Below are positions 54,201 to 64,000 of a stretch of 64,000 nucleotides of DNA, piece after piece. The stretch covers positions 8,928,001 to 8,992,000 of the forward strand of contig CDPCPM010000141.1 of assembly GCA_976551045.1 (NCBI GenBank), written 5' to 3'. The notes beneath the pieces were generated by a model. That model was not told the DNA's origin and made no database searches. It saw nothing but the letters and a program-made list of their open reading frames with translations. Within the stretch, counting starts at the first letter, position 1, and every line of letters starts with the position of its first letter. Source of the stretch: Glaucostegus cemiculus (taxonomy: Eukaryota). A program made the translations under genes and the position numbers.

Positions 54201-56229
54201 AGCAAACAACATCCCAACTTCCCTACAAATGGTTCACCTTTGTTGCTATTGACCACTTACCCCTTCAAACACCATCCCAATCACCCCTACATCAAAAGTC
54301 CATCCATGAAAGCTCATGCCCTTCCCAGTTACCAACCCATATCCTAAGACTTTGGTTGGGAGAAAGGTTAACCAAGATCAAGGGAACCACATACACTTAC
54401 TTCCCTCAAAACAACACATGACCTTTATTGGCTTCTTTTGAATCAGCAAATCCTGATTGCAGTATTCCATCAGTAGTGTAATGAAATGTAAGACTGAATT
54501 ATGTTGTCAGGTCTCAGGAATGGTACATGAACCAATAATATACTGACTGAAGGCAAGATAAATATATCTTATTAAAGTAAATTAGAAATTTAAAAAATGC
54601 CAGGAATGCACACAGTATTGGGAAGAGGAATTGGTTCATATATTCAAGTGGGACTTCAAAAAGCGCAAAATACATTTTAATTCCGTTCTAGTTATTCACT
54701 ACTTGATAATATTGTTTAATGCTTGCTATATTAAGTCATGAAGTTTATAGAGACTTCATTTTGCACTCATTGCATCCAGCACTTAGCCCACAGGCAAAAC
54801 TAAATTACATGTAACAACACATTGGCAAGTATGTTGCAGCCTTGACCCAGCTACTAAATATCATTATGCTAATCAGCTGTTTATATCAGTGATATTAGAT
54901 AAACATTTTACAGAACTATGTTTTTGTGTCAATTATATACATCAGTTGATCACTATATTTGGCTACTTAAGTGCTCAGTGCTGGTGTGCGATTACACAGG
55001 TACAGTCAAACAGAGTGCTCGTAAGTAGGTCATGGGAATACTTTGCAGTTGATTATCAAGTCATAGAATGGTGTGTGCAAAGAATTCAGACAACCGTTTT
55101 CCTCTTTTCTGCCAGCTTTGAGAGGAAAGCAGGAAAATGTCTGTAAAGTTGACCTTTGTTACCAAAAAAGGAATAAGTTGGTAGTTCACAAAAAAAAAGG
55201 ACTTAAAAAGATTTTGATTAAAACTGCAATGACCCATTTTCTGGTTTACTTATTTACAGATAGTAAATGTGAGCTTCTGTAACAAAATTTTGGTGTGGCT
55301 TATTCTTTTGGGAGTTGTCAAGTCTACAGCTCAACATCGTGCATTATTATAGTATGATACAAAGCAAAATTATAAAGCGTGTTTAGCAGAATGAAAAATA
55401 TCCTGTTTACTACATGGGCTATATTTTCATCAGCTTAGCTAAGGGGTACAACTCTAGCCTGCATCAGGAGGCCATGAATTCAAGTCCCAATCAATAATGT
55501 TGAGGGAATAATTTCAGCCCACACTTTACTGCAGTACTGAGAGAGTACCGTCTTTTTACAGATGAGATATAAATAGCGGCCCTGTCAACTGTTCAGGTAA
55601 GCCATTATTCGATGAGGCCAGAAGTTCTCCAGGGGTACATTAACATTCATTCAACTAGTGTACAGATTTACTTGAGCATTATTTGATTAAATGTGGGATC
55701 CTGGTGAACACAAACCAGCTGCCACATTTGCCTATAGACAACAGACTCAAGATCAAAAGGCAATTCATAGAATTTTGGATGTCCCAATGGAATGCAACCT
55801 GTTGAGTGGGAGGTAAACAGTTCAGTAATAAATTTTAAAGATGAATGCATGGGAGAAGCAAGTATTGCCGGTGTCTAAGTAAGGAAGTAGGATGAAAGGC
55901 AAAAAAATCCTGCAGATGCTGGGAGCATTCAGCTGGTCAGGCAGCAACAGTGGAGAGGGAGAGTCAACATTTCAAATCAATAACTCTTCATTAGAGCTGG
56001 AAAAGTGAAAAAACAAGCTTGCTTTAAGTCAAGGAAGTGGCGAGGACAAAGCAAATGTTTGTGATAGGATGCAGGCCAAATTTACCTATCTACCCTTTAG
56101 TTTAAATATTGGCAGATAAAGTAGGAGAGAAAAGAAACAAGAGAACAAAGTGGAACTGAAAAATTCAGCAAAATCTATGAAGGGAATGAAAAAAAGCTGG
56201 TTACCATTTCTTAAAAAAAGTGAGATTTA

Positions 56230-56605
56230 AAGGGGCAGCACACCAAAAGATCAAGTAAAGGTGCTACCTCACAGCACAAGTAACCTGGATTCAGTCCTGA
56301 CCTCGGGTGCTCTGTGTGTCTGTGTGGAGTTTACACATTCCCTGATCACATGGGTTTCCCCTGGGTGCTTCGATTTCCTCCCGCATCCCAAAAACATACA
56401 GAAGATTGTTAGATTAACTTGTCACTGTAAATCGCCCCTAGTGTGTAGATACGAAGTAGAATCTGCAGTTCAGCAGGGAGGGTTTGGTGTAGTTAATGGG
56501 AATTGTGGAAAGAATGAAATGAGTTAGGGTAGGATTAATATAAAAATGCAGCTTGATGGCCTACACAGATTCGGTGGGCTGAAGAGCCTGTTTCTGTGTG
56601 ACTAT
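56230..56605 (+). mobile_element. V-SINE / HE1-like SINE
   Basis: cctcacagc...gtctgtgtggagttt..cattc...gggtttcc...ttcctcccgcatcccaaa core plus CR1-derived tail. Confidence 0.8.
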
Positions 56606-57859
56606 GCCCAAATAAGAATAGGTTGAATGCCCGTATTTTGAGATATACAATCCTTCGAAGGGTGCTACATTATTCAAAGTTCTGTATGCTTCATACTTTT
56701 TTAAAATAAGAAATATAATTTAACAAAATGGAAATCTCCTTTCTTTTGCAATTGTCATTGTATTTGTCACCCTTTACTACAGATGTTAATTGCTTCACTT
56801 ACTGGACCATGACAAACACAATACAACTCAGTATTTCCTAACCACAATTAATATGTTACAAGGCCAAAAGACAGAAGGATTAGATTTCCTTAGAAACAAC
56901 CTCCCATGCATAATCTTCTGACTGCAGCACAGACCAGAAAAAAAACAGCATGTAGACCTTGGGAAGGAAAAAGCTTGTGTTAAATCTTGTTAAAACGAAG
57001 ATTTGAACCTCAAAAGAAGGTTAAGGCACTCAAAATGGAAGGAAATCAATGAGAAAACCCAGCTCAAGGACAAAACAGCAATGACAAAAGATGATATTTA
57101 CAGAACCCAGGTTCAATTGCTGCAGTATATCTGCTACTCACTTCCATTTGATTACAAAGGTTTTCAACCTGAGCCAAATCAATGCGCATTTATAGCACTC
57201 AGATGTCATGACGCAAGTATGCATTGCCAACTGTTTATACAGTTCACATTTAGTCCATCATGGCTTCTGCAAATCTTCATTGCTAATTGTAGGCTGCAAG
57301 TATCTGAAGTCAATTCTTCAGCTCTCTATACATATTTTGTTTGTTATACCCATTATCTCTGTGCTGCTGACCTGCAGTAATTACCAGCCCTGCACTGTTT
57401 CAAACTTAAATCATCCCCTTTTTCAAACAACTGCAAGGCACCTTGTTGCAATCTCAGATCTCCACACTTCTTCTAGCCTCTGCTATATCCCTGGTTTGCT
57501 AACTCTTTGCAAGTGGAGATGGTACCTTCTCCCCATTTGCTGTCATTTCTTTCACAAGTTCTGTAGCCTTTGCAAGATATTCCTTGAAATCTTTATCTTT
57601 GTCAAGCTAATATTTCCTGTTGGACTTGGTGTCAGATTTTCTCTGTCAAAGTTTTCTATGAACATATCACTATTTGGCATGTTTTACTTGTTTTAAAACT
57701 ATAATTTAAATGCAAGTTGTCTATTGTTCTCAAGTCCACCCTGTTATCCGCATCCTTATTTTCTAAATTCCAACTTAAAAGTGTAATTTTGAAAATGATT
57801 GTGTATTGCAAAAATTCATATTTCTCACGATATATATTGTTTGGCTCATCAAGTCTAGG

Positions 57860-58100
57860 TGGGTTCCAGTGCATTCCCAACAGTCCCATTCTCCTACTTA
57901 TTTCCCTGTAAACCTCTCTCTCTCATATGCCTGTCATCTCCTCCATAATTCTCCTGCCACCCACTGAAACTAGGAGCAATTTACAGGCACCAAATACTCC
58001 ATCAGCATATCTTTGGGATGTGGAGAAAACCCACTGGCAGAAAGTGTAAACTCCACATTCATCAACTGAGGTCAGGATCGACAGAGCTGTGAGCTTCAAA
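57860..58100 (-). mobile_element. V-SINE / HE1-like SINE, antisense
   Basis: ctttgggatgtggagaaaaccc...aaactccaca is the reverse complement of the V-SINE core. Confidence 0.7.
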
Positions 58101-58504
58101 GCCGCATTCTCTAGCAGATCAGGCAACTACAGGTGAGAACTGTAATGCAAATTCTTTCTTCCTCACTCCGCCCCCTCAAAGACATTCATAATCTGCTGAG
58201 AATTTCCTGCATTCTTTCTTGTGAAGAGTCTGCCATAGTTTCCCTGTTCTGGTTAGCACTGGTATGGGTGCTATCAGTTTTCTTGCATCTGATAAAATGA
58301 TCAAGGATTCTCACTCCTCATCTGATTACTGATTCTCAGCAGATAAGCACTTGTGTCGTGCTTGCACAAGTCCTCGATCTCCCAAATCACTTTCCAACCA
58401 ATTGCGTAGTGTTTTTTATATGCAGGAAACATTGTAGCTAGACCTCACAAACAGCAGTGAATTAAAAGATCTGTGGATACATGTATTTTGTATATGATTC
58501 TATA

Positions 58505-58545
58505 CAATATTATATGTATATATATACACACACATATGTTACACA
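58505..58545. repeat. (TA)n(CA)n microsatellite, imperfect
   Basis: tatatgtatatatatacacacacatatg. Confidence 0.6.
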
Positions 58546-58589
58546 TGGTTGTCAAAACAGGTTGAAACAACTGTTTAAAAAAAAGCACA

Positions 58590-59090
58590 AGAGATCCTTT
58601 GCATACATAAAAGCACTTCCTTAAACACTACACAAGCCTCAACTGAAGTATCGTATTAATTTCTGGGCATAATACTTTTACTTGAGGGGTCGTGGAGATT
58701 TAGAATGGACTAGAGAGGACGAATTTTGGCTACTGGAGTGATTGGAAAAGTTGCAGTTGATCTCCTTGCAGGAAGAGATTTTAGAGACACATTCAAAATC
58801 ATGAATACTTTGATAGACTAAGTAAAGGGAAACTTTTGTCACTGGTAGAGGATATTTTTGGTATCCCAGAACTAGAGATAATACAAGAAATTTATATTCC
58901 TTCCTCAAATTGCCATGACCAGCAATAAACTTCCTAAAAAGGGTGGTGGAAGCAGATTCAGTCCGAATGTTCAAAAGGGGAATTAAATGAGCCATGAAGG
59001 AAGAGCAAAGGAATGGGGTTGATGGAGTTCTGCTGAGAAGCTGGCACAAACATGAATGGCCAAATAGCCAGCCCAGGGCTTCATTCCATC
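58590..59090 (+). mobile_element. Degraded CR1 3' fragment
   Basis: Similar to the plus-strand CR1 ends at 24.3-25.1 kb and 62.4-63.0 kb. Confidence 0.5.
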
Positions 59091-61659
59091 TTGCTGGTTT
59101 AGCGATTCTTGTTGAGAAAAGTACTGGCCAGCATATAAGGGATAAATGAGCTGCTCTCCTTCTGAAACTATATAGCACTAAAGGGTTTTTCATATCCACC
59201 CAAAAAAAATGTCAGAGGAGCCATCGGTTAATGTCCCATCTGCAAGACAGCACTGCTAACTGTGCAACTCAGCGCAAACTGAGAGTCAGTCAGCAGTAAG
59301 TCATAACTTCAGGGCTTGTACAACTAAGATTGATGATGACTGTTGCAAATCACAGCATGTATAGTCCCACGTCAGCTGAAAAAGAGTCAGCCAAAGCATA
59401 TGGACACTGACTCTGGAAGAAAGGATTGAAAAAGAATAAATATCAGCTACTTGTCAAACAACCAGCACAGGAAATTAAAGAAAAACACTCCAAGAAATGC
59501 TCTGCCACAGTGACAAGATAAAGAACTGACTGTTTGATGACTGCTCAGAAGAATGAATGATGATCTAATCGAGTTCAGTACAGAGCCTTTGGCAGCACAC
59601 ATCTGGAGAACTGCCCAGTTCTAGGCAGAAGGAAATATTGTCCAAGGAGAAGATGCAGTGAGAATAGTACTCTTGTATCTCACTTGGTGTGCAGGATGTG
59701 TTCCAAGGAATGAGTGTGCTAATGGAATCAGCATTAAAATGGGTCATCTTCACATTATATATAGAGAAATGCATTACTAACAGTGCTGCTCTGCTGGGAA
59801 CCTTGCACGAACTCTTGCCCTCACCAATGCCACATGGTGCTGTGCTGGAAACCTGGTGTGAATCCAGCAATGATTCATCCCATGGCTTGGTGTCGAGAAG
59901 TTGCCTGCAAGGGCTGGTTGTGGGTGGGCCAACACCGAGATGTGGTTCAGCACTGCGCTCTGGCAGGCTCCATGAGTGTAGGCCATGGCAGCAACCATTC
60001 AATTTATTTTCAGACTGCTCAAATTCTGTGGCTTCCTATCACTTTCTGTTGGACATGATAGAAGCTACCATTTCCTTCTCTTTGTCTGTGCAGCTCTGAC
60101 AAGCCCAGTAAGCTTTCACCACAAAGAAATCTCTGGACTGGAGAAGAGTCGTACAGTAGCACAGAGAGGGGGAGATGACTGCTTTAATCACATTCAACAG
60201 GTAAAGAGAAAGATTGCAGGATCTAAGCAGTCTATTAGATCCAGGCAGCAACTGCTAGTGTCCAGCATTGGCCCACATTCACCGTGATGTCTAGGGTGCA
60301 GCCTGCCCAGCAGCAGCTCTCTCATGCAACCTCTCCACATTGAACTATGGGGAGATACATTGCTGGGAGAGTACCAGTGGAGGTCAGTGATCCAGCACAG
60401 CAGGGTGCAGCAACAGGGGCTCACATCATGTTCGTGGCCCTACTGCATATAGCCCGACCAGATGCCTATTATGAAGTACAAGGGGCAAGTGTTTAGACTG
60501 GAGGACCAAAAGTGCTAGAATGAATTAATACTCTGCAAGATAGCACTAAATGGAGTACCAGTGTACCAGGGTTTAGAAGGCTAAATTAAGAACAGGTTCC
60601 ACAATCTATTGCTCCACTGAGCTTAAAAGGATGTGGGGTTACATAACCAAAGTCTTTTAAGGGATGCAAGAAATAAATAAGGTTACTATCGAGAAATTAT
60701 TTTCGCAGTTATATCTGGAACAAGGCCAATCTAACATTGATGTTATGGATAGGAAAGGTTTAGAAGGATATGGGCTAAATGCATGCAAATGGGACTAGCT
60801 TTGATGGCGTCTTGATCAGCATCAACCAGTTGGGCCGAATGGCCTGTTTCAGTGCTATACAACTCTATATGCCATTGAAGCATGAAATCAGTAAGTATAA
60901 AACTGTACATTTCTGAAACATTCACCTTCAAATGCCTGTGAGCTACTGAAATTTTGAAGAATGATACTGATAGAATTTTGATAGACTTGGGAAACAAGGA
61001 TTCTGTACTGAAAAATAAAGTGCAAGTACAGATCAGGCAATCTCATTGACTACAGTTACAAAATCTAGGGTTTGAACACCATCTCCTGTACCCATATTCC
61101 ATTCAGCATTGTACACAGGGGTCAACACTGGTTTTTAGCAGGTTCGCTAACAACCTAGGCATTGATGGACACAGCTTGTCACATATTAAGTTACATTCAT
61201 TACCAACAGACCTCATTCAATAACATTTCAAAGAGCAACACAGCAAGCATATCTTCACTTGTATAAAATGCCAGCTTGCACCACTAAAAGCAAACATTCA
61301 TTTTTGTGACAAAAACCATGAACACAACAGAGATCATCCCACATTGTAAAAACAGATGTTTATTTAAATAAAATTTGATTTCAAGGACATCTATTTCAAC
61401 ATCAACAATTCCCTATAATTCTGTTTTTGCCAAAGTCATGGAGATATGGATTTAACTGGGAGTGGTTCATTACTGCAGAACCATAATACAAAGCAAAGCA
61501 TTCAGAAGACAAAATAAACTTATCAACAGCTAAAGTCTGAAACTGCCTCGGAATAGATCTGAAGTAACCATCTGCAAAGTGCAATTAATTATCAACCCAT
61601 GAGGAGCTGTCAAATGAAGTCAAATGAAGAATTTTGGGAGTCAAGTAAATTTCAATGAA

Positions 61660-61995
61660 GACAGCACAGTGGTGCAGCTAGTGGAACTGCTGCCTCACAG
61701 CTCCAGCAACTGGATTTGGTCCTGGCCAAGCGTTGTTTGTGTGTTCTACAACCATGTGGGGTTTTCTCTGGGTGCTCTGGTTTCCTCCAACATCCCAAAG
61801 ATATGTGGCCTGGTAGATTAAATGCCCACTTTAAACTATCCCTAATACATAGGTGCATGGTAGACTCTGGGAGAAGTTGATGGAAATATAGGGAGAGTTT
61901 AAAAAAAAAAAATGGGATTAATGTACCATTAGTACAAATGGGCAGTGTGGACTTGGCAGGCGAAAGGGCCTGTTTCTGTGTTGTCTCTGTGACTC
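61660..61995 (+). mobile_element. V-SINE / HE1-like SINE
   Basis: gcacagtggtgcagctagtgga.ctgctgcctcacagctccag head, V-domain core, gggcctgtttctgtg tail. Confidence 0.8.
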
Positions 61996-62384
61996 AAAGA
62001 GAACCAATTTTGACTGACAGGGGAAAAAAAAACATTTGTCCGATGTTTCCAAATATTGAAAAAGTGGAAATAGTGCCAGTCTAAAGCGGTTCAGATATCC
62101 ATATACGTGAATCATTCATATATCACCATCAGATGCAGAAAATCATCAAATGACTAATGGATGGCTGACCTTTACCCTGAGGACTGGAGCAACACAACAG
62201 CTACATTGGTAAGATTAGACTCAAAGCAGTGACCATGTACTGCTACCAATGCCAAGCAAAGGCTGGTCCTGTCTGAGTTCAGAATATGTTGTTCTAGACA
62301 CTGGCTCAGCACACTGGTAGCAACAAGTCCAATTATGGTTGGCTTGATATTAGGAGTCCAAAGATTCCTAGGTGGCAGGACAGG

Positions 62385-62990
62385 TAGATAAGGTGGTAGA
62401 GAAGGCATATGGACTGTTAGCCTTTATTAGGGCAGGGCTTGGAATATACGAGCAGGGGAGTTATGTTAAAGCTTTATAAAACATTGGTGAGGTCACATAT
62501 GAAAAACAGTATCCAGTTTTGCTCACCACAGTATAGAAAGAACATGCTTGCTCCAGAGAGGGTAAAGAGGAGATCCACCAGGATGTTGCCTGGGATGGAG
62601 TGTCTGTTGCGAGGTGAGACTGGATAGCCTAAGGCGGGGAGTGGCAGCAGCTGGGAAGAGTTATGTAAAGTTGAGGGGCATTGATATGGTAGGCAGCAGT
62701 AAATTTCTCCTCATACCAGAGATGCCGATAACAAGAGGGCATAGGTTTAAGATGAGGAGTGAGAGGTTTAGAGAGGATACAAGATGATTTTTTTTCTAGC
62801 CAAAGATCGGTGAAGTTTGGAATACACTGCCTGAGGTGGTGGTGAAGGCATTTTCAACACCTGAGTATGTCCAGACAAGCATGTGACTCATTAAGGTTTA
62901 GAAGACTACAGACCAAGTGCTGGTAAATGAGATTAGTATAGATGGGTTGCCATGGAAGAGTAGGCCTGTTTTTGTGCAGTATGACTATAT
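62385..62990 (+). mobile_element. CR1 LINE 3' fragment
   Basis: ORF 62439..62627 reads EYTSRGVMLKLYKTLVRSHMKNSIQFCSPQYRK...ERVKRRSTRMLPGM. Confidence 0.9.
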
Positions 62991-64000
62991 CTGCCTTAGG
63001 AGATGCAATGAAATTTTTAATAAATAATGCCACTACTATTATGTTTGTTCAAAAAAAAGCAACCACACACAATGCAAATACAGCATATTCAGTATGATTG
63101 ATTCATTTAACAATGTTTTGCCAGTAATAAGTAAAAGCAAATCATATTGCCATCTCACAATTGTACAAACTGGTTTAAAAGAGTATTATACAGCAAATGC
63201 AAGCTGCTTTCTTTTTTTTAACCACCAGATACTGCCAAGACTTTGTCTTTAATCAGGAACAGCGTCACCCGAGGACACAGACAGCTAAGTTACAGTCTCT
63301 AAGTGAGACTTTCAGCAAATATTTATAACCACTCGCTTACTCAGTCTCTCTGGCATTCTTCCAGCTTCCTCATTTATTCAGAGCAAGCACTAATCTGGGA
63401 GCAGCTCCTACAAAGGAACCCATTAGGTTAGATTATATTTTAAAATGAACACACGCTTTATTGAATCTTCTGAAAAGCCACTACTGTATTAGGCGAGGCC
63501 ATTAGTGCATTTTAAAAACAGCCTGTGTGCAAAGGTTTGTATTCCTTGCAACTGCCATTATACACCCCTCCAGCTTTCCTTTCAGTTTTATGCTGTTCCT
63601 TCTCAAAAATCAGGTTAAACTACCTGCAGATTACAATATGCTTCAGTAATTGTTTTTGTTGAATATTTAAGTCGCAAAAATTGCACGTTACAAAATTAAC
63701 TTAGAAAATTTATCATTATGTTAACCATCTTTAGACCTTCAAAGAAATGAATGGAAGTTCATGGTATGTTCCCCCAATTTGGCAAAATAAAATACCCTTC
63801 CACACTGTAGTACACAAATGTTTAATGTCATTTATGAGGCAATAAGCATTTCCAGGTTTCCATTTAGCAAATCATCAATGATCCAATGCAACACAGGGAT
63901 TTGTCTTCTGTTTGTACCCCTGGATGTACCTTTTGTTGTTCTTCATTCACATTAATGATATGGACTCAAGAGACTAGAACGTGGATTTCATACTTATATG

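Noticed and set aside
40928-64000. RSBN1 exons 1-2 or nested protein-coding genes
   Set aside because: No Lys-rich RSBN1 N-terminal coding sequence or CpG island is visible; the ORFs present are short or repeat-derived

Overview
This is vertebrate genomic DNA, AT-rich and CpG-depleted. The repeat content (CR1 LINEs, V-SINE/HE1-like and SacSINE-like SINEs, Penelope GIY-YIG relics, short hairpin elements) suggests a cartilaginous fish (inference). Two tandem minus-strand genes were reconstructed by hand from GT-AG boundaries and remembered protein similarity. (1) A complete PHTF1 orthologue has a CpG-island non-coding first exon near 18.6 kb and 17 coding exons from 17729 to 2697, encoding 678 aa, or 698 aa with a candidate 60-nt extra exon. 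(2) The last five coding exons of RSBN1 run from 40927 to 32564, with a probable ~7 kb 3'UTR; its 5' exons lie beyond the right edge of the window. The RSBN1-PHTF1 order matches the known vertebrate paralogon. The 3' end of a convergent plus-strand transcript probably lies near 1.5 kb. Most ORFs in the supplied track are chance or repeat-derived. I see no new multi-gene system. The best leads are RNA-processing features of PHTF1: a recursive-splice-type junction at the start-codon exon, several uORFs, an in-frame cassette exon flanked by a 40-bp exact duplication, and a duplicated-looking alternative last exon. Repeat boundaries are approximate.
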